Assembly: GCA_030704615.1 (NCBI GenBank)
Contig: CM060734.1
Coordinates: 36,022,001 to 36,086,000, forward strand
Direction: 5' to 3'
DNA: 64,000 bases
Origin: Takakia lepidozioides
Taxonomy: Eukaryota; Plantae; Bryophyta
The notes under the pieces were generated by a model. It saw nothing but the letters and a program-made list of their open reading frames with translations, ran no database searches and was not told where the DNA came from. A program made the position numbers and the translations under genes. Below, one piece after another: positions 34,861-46,921 of this stretch. The stretch's first letter is position 1. Every line of letters starts with the position of its first letter.

Positions 34861-34917
34861 AGCTTGTGCATGGCTGAGCAACGGAGGTTACAGACAGTGG
34901 TGGCTATTTCTGTACTC

Positions 34918-37840
34918 TATCAAGTTATTTCACCACTAGTGTGAAAGTAACAAAGAAATAGCTAGCTTTTACATATTGACATTTGGGATTGCCTAAGTAT
35001 CAATCCAGGGGTCAAGGCAGATTTAGGCCCTGGAGTGGTTATCTTCACGGCAAGCGCATGAAGCTCATCTTTTTCGAGTTGAGCCTCACCGCGCCTAGCT
35101 ATGGCGTCATAGTGTGGATTCCCCATGGCGTGGGGTCCACTTGGCTTGACTTGTATTTGAGTGATGAGGTTATATATGCATGAGTTTATGCTTCAACTTT
35201 GTGAGCCCCCGGGGCCGGCGCCGAATTTGCGACACCCGACCGTCGCCTAGCAGTCGCATGGGCGTCGCCAAAAGACGCGCAAAAATGCGACGTATGGGGG
35301 TCGCAAGCCCCCGCCGCAACTCCCGCGACTACCGGACGTCGCTTTTGGGGCCGTCCGCACCGATGGCAGGGGCCTCCTTCGAGCGACGTCTCGCCGTCGG
35401 GGCCCTCCAGCCGACGGCGTTGGTGGGGGCGACGTCGCATTTTTTTTTTTTTTTCTAACCTGCCCGGGAGTCCCATCCTAAAACCCAAAAACACGTGGCG
35501 TAAGCCAGGTGGTACGCCAAGCGACGCCAATGTGTCGCTGAAAGCGACTATTGGGCGTGGCAAAAAAAAACCAGCAGGAAGAGGAGTCGGGCTCCGCCAC
35601 GCCCGGGCGTGGGTTTTCACGATGCTCTGGCGTCGCTTTTTGATATTTAATCAAAAAAATAAAAGACGTGGCGCAGACAGGGTGGCGGGCTCCGCGACGC
35701 CAGGGCGTCGCGGCTTACGACCCCCGGACCCAAAAAACACGTTGCAGGGGGTGTCGGGCGTTGCCACCCGCAAATGGGGTATGCGACGCGGGACCGTCGC
35801 GGCTTGCAACCCCCGCCCAAAAAGCACATCGCCAATGGCGACGTCTTGCAGTCACGAGGGCAGCCTGGGGGGGGGGGGGGGGGGGTTGGGGGTGATTTTT
35901 GTTTTTTGCCTGGTTTTGTTTTTGGGGATGAGAGACCTAATCCTTTACCAATCATGAGATTGGGCTACAGGTGGAGTCTTGACTTCGCAGGACCGTTGAC
36001 ACTGACTATGCGCCACCGTAGATATATGTTGGTGATTGTGAAACACTTCTCCAAGTGGATTGAGTTGGTTCCATTGTCTGACAAGGCTAGTGATGGGGCT
36101 GCGTATGCATTCTTGGATCGTGTTCTTAGCCGATTCGGTGCTCCAGCTGAGGTACTCATGGACCAAGGGAGAGAGTTCTTGGGGGAGTTTCAGGCTTTGT
36201 GTGATAAAGCCTTGATTGACCACCGTACCACTTCTCGGGGTCGTCTTGAGGCCGATGGCTTGACAGAGAGAGTTGTTCAGACGGTGAAGAGGGGTTTGCG
36301 CAAGTATGGCTGCAGAAGGGACACCTAGGAGATTGGGATCTTCAGGTGCCTTGGTTAGCCATGGGCTACAGAGTCAGCAAGCAAGCATCACTTGCCTCCT
36401 TCTCACCATATTTCCTTCTTTTTGGCCGAGAGCCGGATTTGCCTGCAGCCATTCGTAGGGACACTGCTCAAGTCCTCAACCTTGACGATCCGGACATGTG
36501 GGTACGTGCATGTGATCAGTGGGCAAAGTTGTTCAAGAAAGTCATGCCCATGGCTTTTGAGAACCTTGCCATTACACAACACCGTGATACGTTGAGGTAT
36601 GTTACTATACGTGGTGGAGGATATCGTCCTGGGGTTCGGAGGTTTAGCCCTGGTGACTATGTTTATTTGCAGCAGACTGCTCCTACGACCCTAGATATCA
36701 CTGCAGGGCGTGTTATTCTGGGTTCGAGAGGTATAGCCCTCAGGAGTCCTGATCTTGGAGGGTCGGGATGGCATGACTTGGAAAGACCATGTGCGTAATT
36801 GTGCACCATGTCACCTTCCCAATGTCGATGGCAGAGTTGACCCAAACTTGGTAGTGGTACCTGCAGGTTTGAGGTGCATGCTCTGTGGGTCTGCCAAAGG
36901 GGCAGCCACCGTGCTGGTGTATGATTGATGCTCAAGAGGTTGGGACATGGGATGCTTGACACCATTTCTTGATAAGGTTCCTGATGGAGATTGGTTGTGT
37001 CCACACTGCTTGGGATAGTGGCGGTGGACATGACTAGAGGTAGCTAACAAGACATGGGAGGCCAAGCTCATAGGAGTCAATACACGAGATCCCAGGCTCA
37101 AGTTCACAGGTTGCAAGACGGCGACTAACGATGGGGCAACTCTTGCACCCGGCCTTTTGATCTATCGAGTTTGAGTGTAGTAGGGATAGTGGTGGAGGAC
37201 TTAGTGAGGCTACGGTCACTATTACATCTTGTGGCTATCTGGACTTAGAGGGACCTAAGCACCAGCTAGGGGGGCGATTGTGGTGGACTAGTGACTGCCA
37301 TAATGGGCAGCCTAGCGATTGACTAGTGGCAGCCTAGTGGTTGGACTAGTGGTGGACTAGTGGTATACTAGTGTGTGGTGTGCACATGTGTTGTGTGGTT
37401 TTGGACAGCGATGTAGTTGTGTAGCGATATATATGCGCACGACAGCTGTCAAGTTATTTCACTATCAGTGTGAAACTAGCTAGGAAATAGGTAGCTTTTA
37501 CATATTGACATTTGGGATTGGCCCAAATGTCAATTCAGGGGTCAAGGCAGATTTAGGCCCTGGAGTTATTATCTTCACGACAAGCGCGGGAGGCTCATCT
37601 TTCTCGAGTTGAGCCTCACCGCGCCTAGCTATGGCGCCGTAGTGTGGATTCCCCATGGCGTGGGGTGCACTTGACTTGACTTGTATTTGAGTGATGAGGT
37701 TATATATGCATGAGTTTATGCTTCAGCTTTGTGTGGTTGGACTAGTGGTGGACTAGTGGTATACTAGTGTGTGGTATGCACATGTGTTGTGTGGTTTTGG
37801 ACAGCGATGTAGTTGTGTAGCGATATATATGCGCACGGCA
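34918..37840 (+). mobile_element. Nested, internally deleted Gypsy-type element of a sister family (integrase + PHD) with split direct repeats
   Basis: 4-bp TSD ACTC at 34914-34917 and 37841-37844. Repeats A1 34918-35203, B1 37279-37444, A2 37447-37731, B2 37732-37840. PPT at 37268-37277. Integrase core WSLDFAGP...DQGREF...ERVVQTVK. Removing it restores the host reading frame. Confidence 0.9.
35935..37018 (+). pseudogene. Integrase core plus C-terminal PHD finger (inner element)
   Basis: ORFs 35774-36328 and 36346-36798, followed by CMLC...CSRGWDMGCLTP...VPDGDWLCPHC. Confidence 0.88.
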
Positions 37841-38183
37841 ACTCTCATTTGGTATTGCATCCTCTCTGCCAACCGGGACGGTTGAGGCAATGAGTGTCGG
37901 GGGCGAGCACATGATCATGGAGTGCAAACACCCATGGCAGATGTGGGATGAGATGCAGAAAGAGAAAGTCATTGGATATCTCAGGGAGCAATATGAGGAG
38001 TGAGGAGAGCCATACATAGAGAATCAGTTGGAGGCCAAGGTGGCCAACACTACTGAAGAGGTTGAGGATGTTTCTTTCGCAGAGGATGTTCTCAAGGTGG
38101 CTATGACGGAGCAAGTGGAGGCTACGCCACAGTCAAGGTGGGCGGACAAGGCCCAAGAGGTTGTTATCTAGCAATCAAATGAT

Positions 38184-41100
38184 GTGTCTCCTACCTCCAA
38201 GCCTGGTGTACCCAAGGTTGCCGTCACTGAGGACAATTGGGAACCAGATGTTGGACCTATAGTCACCGGAGGAGAGAGACGGAGGATCCAGCGATTTCTA
38301 AGGGCTTATAGAAATTGCTTTGTCTTCGGTTTGAAGGATTTGGGGAGTTTGAAAGGCCAGGAGATTCGTATTGATTTGGCAAGTGACATGCCAATTTTTT
38401 GAAGGCCCTATAGGTATAGTGATATGGAGAGGTATTTGATCCAGTCACGGACTATGGAGTTGTTCGAAGCTGGATTGGTGGAGTTGTCAGGCGGGGAGTA
38501 TACCTCGGCAACAGTGATGCCAGCTAAGAAGGATATCTATGGCAATTGGACAGAAATGAGGATGTGTGGGGACTACCATCCTATGAACCGTTAGACTAAG
38601 TCCGATAGATATGTCATGCCAACTCTAGATGAGATCTTTGATGCCATTGGACATGCAAAGGTGTTTGGCACATTGGACTTGCGATCTGGTTACCACCAGT
38701 TGCCAATCAAAAAGGCTGACAAGCAAAAGACGGCATTATGGGGGATTGACCAACATGAGAATGATTGCTTGTACCAATGGCGGTTCCTACCGTTTGGGTT
38801 GAAGAATGCTCCTACAGAGTTTCAGAGGGTCATCGATAGAATTCTTGCGGGGCTAGACTTCGCTCGGTGCTACATTGATAACATCATCATCTTTAGTGCT
38901 ACGATTGAGGAGCACGTCGAGAGACATCTTCAGATGGTATTTGAGTGTTTGAGAGCGCATGGGTTGAAATTGCACCCTGGGAAGTGCAAGTTCTTCCACA
39001 ACCAGATTGAGTATTTGGGCCACATGATATACCCTGGAGGATTGGGTGTTCAAAAGACGAAGGTAGAGGCCATAACACGCATTCCAAGCCCCATAGATAT
39101 TAGCAGAGTTCGTGCTTTCATGGGGTTGGCAAACTACTATCGATGGTTTGTCAAGGGATTTAGCAGCATTGCAAAGGCTGTTACCAAATTGACCAAGGTG
39201 GATCAGGAGTGGCAGTGGGAGGAGGAGCAGGAGGAAGCTTTTGAGGAATTCAAGGCTCGATTGACTTCTGTACCTATTCTGAGGCGGCCTATTCGGGGGC
39301 GGCCTTTCCAGCTACATACTGATTAGAGTATACTGGGGATTGAAGCAGTGCTCACACAGGTGGATGATGAGGGAAGAGAGCTCGTAGTGACATATGTCAG
39401 CCGCTGGAACAATGATACCGAGGCGAAGTATAGCTCATATGAAGGGGAGTGTCTAGCTGCAGTATGTGCAGTGACACATTTCAGATGCTACCTTATGACA
39501 ACCTCTTCACCCTTGTCAGGGATCACCAACCATTTGAAGTGGTTGATGGAATCAGACAAGCTTACATGGAAGCTTGCACGGTGGGCACTTATGCTTCAAG
39601 AGTACAACTTCCAGGTGTTGCATCGAGTTGGTAATTAATCGGAATGCAAATGGGTTGAGTCGTAATCCATGCACGAGCGAGCATGACGATACTGGAGCTC
39701 GGTGACATTTTGGGGTGCGGCACACTCATAGTATGCTACAAGGACAGTACTAGTGGCGGGGCCCGCACACGGATGTGCAACAGTTAGTGGCAAAGTACAT
39801 GGTGTGTGATAGAGTGCGGGCTTCTATTAATGCACCTACTCCACAATTGCATCCTTTACCCATTATGGGTTTGGGCTATCGTTAGAGTCTTGACTTCGTA
39901 GGCCCATAGCCACTAACGCTTCGCCATAACAAGTTTGTGCTGGTGATGGTGGAACATTTTTCCAAGTGGATTGAACTGGTGGCATTGCCTGACAAGGCAA
40001 GTGAGGGGGCTGCGTATGCATTCTTAGATCGAGTACTTAGCCAATTTGGTGCTCCAGCCGAGGTACTCACGGACCAGGGGAGAAAATTCTTGGAGGAGTT
40101 TCAGGCTTTGTGTCAGCAAACCTTGATAGAATACCACACTACTTCTCGGGATCATCCCGAGGCTGATTGCTTGGCCGAGAGAGTTGTTCAAAAAGTTAAG
40201 AGGGGTTTGCGAAAGTATGGCTTGCAGAAGGGACACATGGGAGATTGAGGCCTTCAGCGGCCTTGGTTGGCTATGGGCTATAGGTTCAACAAACAAACGT
40301 CACTAGCCTCATTCTCACCTTACTTTCTTCTCTTTGGTCAAGAGCCAGATTTGCCTCCATTTATTCGCAGGGCGACTACAATAGTCATCAACCTTGATGA
40401 TCAGGATGTGTGCACACAAGCATGTGCCCAGCGGGCAGAGTTGTTCAAGAGAGTCATGCCTATGGCTTTTGAGAACCTTGCTATTACCTAATACCGAGAC
40501 ACATTGAGGTATGCCACTATTCGTGGAGGGGGATGTCGTCTAGTAGTTCGGCGTTTCCATCTTGGGAACTATGTGTATCTGCAGCAGATAGCACCAACGA
40601 CCTTGGATGTCACAGCAGGGTGTGTGATTCTAAGGGTTTAGGAGGTGTTGTCTTCAGGAGTGTTGATTCTGGAGGGTCAAGATAGCATGGTATGTAAGGA
40701 CCATGTGCACAATTGTGCGCCATGTCACCTTCCACATGTGGATAGGAGGATAGATCCCAACCAGTGTTGGACTGGTATATAGGTGAAGGACTGGTATAAA
40801 GTACTGGTATATGCACTGGTATTCGATACCAGACCAGTCTGGTATCGTTTGGGAGAATACTTGGTCATATACCAGACCAGGCTAGTATCAGTTTTTTCAT
40901 ACCAGCCACAATACCAGTACTCCCCCACAGTCTACCTCATTTACTCTGGTATGTATACCATATTAATTTATGTGTACATTTGCCTATACATTTGTATTTA
41001 TATATATTTACTTCTAAAGCCATCTTGAATTACAAGTTTATCAAATAACAAATATCAAGTGAAAATAAAAAAATACACATAAAGGATGATCCCAAAGTTG

Positions 41101-41451
41101 ATACCTCATACCAGCTGGTATTGTGGTCATGATACTCATACGCATACCAGTATTTGGACAAATATACATCCACCATTATATAGACCAGACTGGTATGAAA
41201 ACTTGTGATACGCCTGGTACCAGGACCAGACTGGTATGTAAAAAACTTGATACCAGTCCAACACTGATCCCAACCTTGTTGTGGTACCTGCAGGGTTGCG
41301 TTGCATGCTATGTGGGCATGCTGGTGGTGCCGCAACCATATTGGTGTGTGGTAAATGCTCAAGGGGGTGACACATGGGACGCTTGACACCGCCACTTGAG
41401 GAGGTTCCTAGTGGAGAATGGTTGTGTCCACGATGCCTTGGACAGAGGTAG
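38184..41451 (+). pseudogene. RT-RNase H-integrase-PHD pol pseudogene (outer element)
   Basis: ORFs 38616-39326 (RT), 39348-39638 (RNase H), 39937-40491 (integrase); PHD CMLC...[29 protein letters not shown] at about 41300-41451. Confidence 0.92.
40762..41266. mobile_element. hAT-type MITE inserted between integrase and PHD
   Basis: 17-bp TIR CAGTGTTGGACTGGTAT; 8-bp TSD ATCCCAAC at 40754-40761 and 41267-41274. Confidence 0.95.
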
Positions 41452-43714
41452 TTGGGCATGATAGTGGTGAGGTTGACAAGTGATCCAAGGTCTAACTAAC
41501 GGGAGTTCAATGCCATGACACCCAGTTGAGGCCATGGATTGCAGGAAGGCGAGTAACAATGGAACTACTTTTGCACCCGGCCTCTTGATCCATTTACTTT
41601 AGAATTGGAACATGTGCGATTGAAGAGCAAGCGATGATCTTATTGAGATGGATACTTGTCAGCTATCCGGTTTTAGAGGGACCTAATCATCAGCTAGGGG
41701 GGCGATTGTGGCATATCTTTCTGGGATTGTGTGCTTAGAATGTATGGTAGACAACGAAGTATGTTGTGGTACAATGCTTAGGTGCACGACAGCTGTCATG
41801 GTTTTAGTCATGGTTAACTAGAATTACCTACTTCTAGTTAGCTAAGTTATTTTGGATATTTATAATTGTATTTTGTGTGTTGGGACTTCATTTGGTCTCA
41901 CATGCCAAGTGAGGTGTCAAACCTCACTTGGGACATAGGGATGGGTTCTCCCCTTGTGAGTGTTGAGGAGGGCTCATCTTCTTGTAGTTGAGCCTCCATG
42001 AGCCTCTCTCACCTCCATAGCTCTAGGTATTGAGACGGAGTGTGTTGAGGGCTTTGTAGGGTGGATTCCCTTAGCAAAGGTGCCCTTGGTTTAACTTAGT
42101 TTATGTGATTGAGTGGATTCATGAGTGGAGTGTTTCCATTGTGTTCACTTTCATTATCATTGTGGCATAGCTTTCTAGGATTGTGTGCTTAGAATGTATG
42201 GTGGACAATGATGTATGTTGTGGCACGATGCTTAGGTGCACGACATATCCAACCATCACAGGCAAGCATCAGTAACTACACTTCTGCCTGACGGATGCTA
42301 CATTGCATACCCCAGCTGATTTGGTTTAGGGAAATAGGAAATAAGAGGGCAGATAACATTTTAGGAACTAGAGAAAGAAAAGAAAACAATTTATAGAGGA
42401 ACAGGTCTGTGCAGGTAATGACATATGAGTTAGAGAGGGTACAAAAACAGACCATGTGGTGAAGAACAAAGCCAAGGCCTTCCTCAGGGGTCTTGGGAGG
42501 TATGATGAGCTCTCATTTCTCAAAAAACAGCAATGGTGCATCCAAAAACTTTTCTGGTGCAAACCACCTAAAAGAAAGTGCCCACATCAAACTCCCTGCT
42601 GCCGAAAGACCTGGAAGTAATACATGCTCATATCTGGACATATTCTCTAACGAACGACCAAATGGTCAAATACAGAAAAGACAACCCCTGATATCCACCT
42701 TGCTAGCCACTAAAGCATGAACTTGATAGAAGGAATCATACAGGTGATACCTAAATTGAATTCCAATGGCTGCATTACGCCTAGACACTAGCAAAATTTG
42801 GGGCCACTAGATTAACTCTTGCAAGGCCCTTGAAGTCAAGTGTATGTGAAACATCAGTGCACGGCTTAGATTATTATATTCACATCCCAAGCTAGCATAT
42901 ACAATCGTCTCAGGGTAGCTCTGGATAACCAGTGACTCCGAATACCCAACGAGAATGCAGGGTTCAAAGTCGATGCTTACTAGTGGCCAGTGTTGACAAT
43001 GAGGACATGGTGGCTATGTGGAGCTTTCGCCCATGTGCTTTGTGGGACATCAACATCAACTCGAAACCCTTTCTTATAACCCAGTTTCTCCAGCTCCCCA
43101 CCGCTTTCATTCACCTCCCATCTAAGGCACTCCCACCAATTGAAAAGCAGTTCTATTTCTCCGGACTTTTTCTTTGTCTCATGCTAATGAGGAACCTGAA
43201 AAGGTATCAAACAGGTCAAATCTTGTAGAATGTAAAGGGAAAGCTTGTGTTGGCCAAGGCCACCCTTCAGCCAGATTGATTGTGATGATACTTACATCCT
43301 TCCACAGCCCGTGTTTGACCAAACTCAGGCTTCTCATCATAAACTGTAATTCTACCAGAATTTGGACTCCAGTGTTGAAAATTCAATAAAGCTCCAAAGC
43401 TCACTCCAGAATGCGAGCCATATTCTGATATCCATCCACCATCTCATTGTGCTTAGGTGTTCTATGCTTATTGCTTGGCCTACATGCAAAGACCATTGAA
43501 ACATAAATCTAAAGCAGCTCCGGAATGCAGATATAGACTTCCCCTAAAATCTCCCCTCTCCGTCTCTCTGCCTACAGTGGTGTGACTAGCACTGCAATAA
43601 GAGAAGATGTTTTACCAAGGCTCCCGCCAACAGTACCCCAATTCACTGTCTTCAGATTTTGTTGGCTGTGAACGAGCACCTCGTGATTCTTGGTTGAGTT
43701 TCTATACCCTGATA

Positions 43715-43853
43715 CCCTCTTACGAGCGGTTGTGGGTTCAAACCACCCTGTTGGTTGTTACAAAGGTGTCCACCTTCCTACCGGAAGATGGCAGCCTTTT
43801 TGGGTCAAGTGACACCATAAGTTACGCTTGCTTCGGCAACGCGTCCACCTTTC
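43715..43853 (+). mobile_element. tRNA-derived SINE, copy 5 (5'-truncated)
   Basis: B box plus 3' domain; 16-bp TSD TTTCTATACC(C/T)TGATA at 43699-43714 and 43854-43869. Confidence 0.82.
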
Positions 43854-44930
43854 TTTCTATACCTTGATAGTCAAAACCCCACTAGCTCCTGCCAGGTTAT
43901 ACCCAAACAAAAATATGCCCTCAAGGGTGGGTCATTGTCAAGTTTTGTAAGGCACAGCCAACACATCTCTCCCTGCCCTTTATCCATCCCGCACTGTGCC
44001 TGGAAATTGTGGCTTTGTAGTGCCTAGATAGAACAGCAACGTCTTCGATCAAGCCATGAGCTTATGAGCAGGGATAATATGTTTTGCATCTTTTTCGATT
44101 TCAAAGGATTTGTGTGCGGTATGAGCCAACTCTAACCATATAGCAAGCCAGGTGGGTATTGACCCCCAAATGTCCCAAAGACAAACTGAGTAACTCTCTC
44201 AAATGTAATGAACGAAAGAAGAGAAAATCCACTGTACGTTCCTCAGCCCATGTGTACACATCGACAGCAAGCTGCTTCGCCAAACCGCGCCGTTAATTTC
44301 AACTGGTATGAGGCCCATATGGAGCCCGGACTGCTGCGAGGTACAAATTAATGATAGTGCCCAACCACTGTCACCTAGGGACACCAAGAATAAATTGTAT
44401 ATTCAACCTTTGAGCCTCCCTGAAGCCTTCTTCCTTTTGCTGGTCCTAGTTGCCACCAGCCCCAGCTAGCCTCTACTGCCAACACCCCATAGTGAGCCTC
44501 CCCTACCGCCACCTCTTCCTCCTGCTGGTCCTTGTAGCCGGCCTCACGTTCTCTTATAAGTTATTCTCTCCTCCCTCTGGCCCTCACTGCAAAGTTAGAG
44601 TCGCTCATGAACTCAACTAGTGAGGCACTACCTGATCCTACCCCCATTCCACTCGCCTACCTCCATTCTATAACATTCCATCCCGCCACAACCTTTACTA
44701 GCCAAATCTGGCGCATGGAGAGGGGAAGAGGCTTTTATTTACGCAGCAGCTGGCGTCATATATATATATATATATATATATGTCGCATGGAGTGCATGTG
44801 GACCCCACATGCAATAGCTATATGGGGCTACATGCAACCAGCCACCCTTGTTCAAACAAGTGATGAAGGGCATGGGGCTTTTTGTCGATTTTATGTTTTG
44901 AAGGATTGGAGTACATATTCACAATTAGGG

Positions 44931-45105
44931 GACAACCAAGTTGTAGCCCAGTGGTAATGGGCACATACCACCTCGGAAGTGGTTGTGGGTTCAATCCATT
45001 GGTGGCACAAAGGTGTCCACCTTCTTGCTGGAAGCCAGTAGCCCTTTGGGGTCAAGAGACACCATGATTTACGCTTCCTTCAGGAGACATCATATATTAT
45101 ATTAT
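44931..45105 (+). mobile_element. tRNA-derived SINE, copy 6 (full length)
   Basis: TSD ACAATTAGGG at 44921-44930 and 45106-45115; A and B boxes; AT-rich tail. Confidence 0.9.
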
Positions 45106-46434
45106 ACAATTAGGGACACATAGATGATGCTCTCTGAAAATTTCAGAGTGAAGGACCTAAAATTTAGGGGGGGGGGGGGGCTTTGTATGTGAATTTTGTG
45201 GCCCGCGTAGATTTCCCCAATTTGCTGAAGCGAACCAAGGCTCCTAAAATGTCTAGAAATTCTATTTGGAATCCAAATTCCTACGGTCAGTCTATGCTTT
45301 GCTCCAATGTAAAGTACACTGCCAAAACAATTCTGGTTAAGAGCAAATTTCTAGGTTGGATGGGCATGTTTTGAAACACCTTCCAGCTTGCCATGTTGGT
45401 AGTTGACCAACCCCCTAGGCTGCCACGTTGGCGGTAAACCGACTTGGACACCACTATAATCCGGTACCCTTGGTTTTCATGTGCCGTTTGTTGGAGCATG
45501 TAGAGGACAACGATGCCTACATTTTTCATTCAGACCGCACGTTCAAGTTACAGCATGGATGAAAAATGACGTGACCCGGGTCGCATCGTCGTTTAGGGGT
45601 TAAAAGTACGGAAAGAAAGTGACTGCAGAGTGACACTGAACCAGGTGCCACACTAGCGTGACTAGCAGGTGTTGGTTTGGTGAACATAGCATGAGACATA
45701 GCATGAGAGGGGGGGGGGGACCGCATGAGCGCAATCCACAATTAGTATGTTTGCAAACAAAAAAACAAGTCTTAGACAGACAGCTGGATTAATAGGATAT
45801 GGTCCATGAATATATTTTAAACATATTACCATGCACCTTAATTCATAGGAAAGAAGGGTTAGGCCCTTTCAAACCTTGGCAACCCATGTTTGTGCAATCA
45901 AACACTTAACCAATCCTAACCATTTATTTGCCAAAATATCAAACCCCCACAAACTTAGACCATCCCCACTGGTGGCTCGGTATAAGGGTACATCAATTGC
46001 CTTTTATTGAGGCATGTGCAGAGCGCGCAAGAAGATGGGTGTGCCTACAGGCGGAATGCTCCCCACCGCTGCATGGCAAATCTCACGCCAACCTCCCGCC
46101 TCAACCTCTCGCTCGCCAGCGTCTCACGTGTGGGATGCTCGCTTGACTCCAGATACTGGCTTGACTCGTCTAACGTTGACTTGCGTGAGTCATAACGGCC
46201 CGGAAGGACACGGCAACGTTCGGGGTCCGCAGCCAATTTGGAGCGAAAGGAACCTTACCGCGCGTTGTAACGTGCACCGGTGGGGCATGGTTTTTGTGGA
46301 TTTTCTCCCTGACACGGAACTTTGCCGCTTCCGTAGCTGATAGCAGGCCCTGGTGGGGATGCTCTTACAAAACCAGAAATACGGCAAGCCTTTCCGCACG
46401 CAAGTTAAGAGGCGATGGCACACCGGGTAAAGAG

Positions 46435-46921
46435 CAGTGTTTTGTTTTTTGAAATTTGGAAATTAACAGGAGTGGCTACTGAGTTTTGCAAGAAATAGCC
46501 ATATTTTCTGTTCATCCACTGAAATTTGGATAGAATCGCCTCTATACTTTCATCCATGTATATCATCCATGGATTAATCCATTTCCACGAATTCTTTGGA
46601 AAAACAGGAAGAGACGGAATCAGTTCGGAGGTTTTCCTTGAGCTGGTTCTTTCAATGTCCACAGAAGCATGCAGTATAATATAAGGTGTCTGCTCTTAAA
46701 TATGATTGGTATCTTAGTGCAGCCATATTTGCTGCGGCGGAGGAGGAGAAACGGACCCCAGGAGTTTGGCGATATCATCCATGAGAAAACAGGGAATTTA
46801 CGACAGAATATTCCATTTTATTTGTTGAGGTAGAAAAAGTGCGAAATTTCGCCAGAAAGATAAAGTTTCTTTAACGTCCAGTGAATTTACAGAGCCTACT
46901 GCAAAAGAAATAAAAACACTG
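46435..46921. mobile_element. hAT-type MITE
   Basis: TIR CAGTGTTTT / AAAACACTG; 8-bp TSD GTAAAGAG at 46427-46434 and 46922-46929. Confidence 0.9.

Larger units (their letters stand above)
32433..42245 (+). mobile_element. Decayed Ty3/Gypsy-type retroelement with DNMT fragment, PHD finger and split direct repeats (outer element)
   Basis: Order PR (YDVLVGG, about 34030-34300), DNMT motifs VIII-X (34411-34860), RT (LDLRSGYHQL, YIDN; 38260-39300), RNase H, integrase (39860-40500), PHD. PPT at about 41696-41705. Repeats A1 32433-32857, B1 41707-41791, A2 41794-42160, B2 42161-42245. TSD TATT/TATC. Confidence 0.9.

Noticed and set aside
42250-43550. Possible old LINE fragment on the minus strand
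   Set aside because: Only vague similarity and no diagnostic motif.
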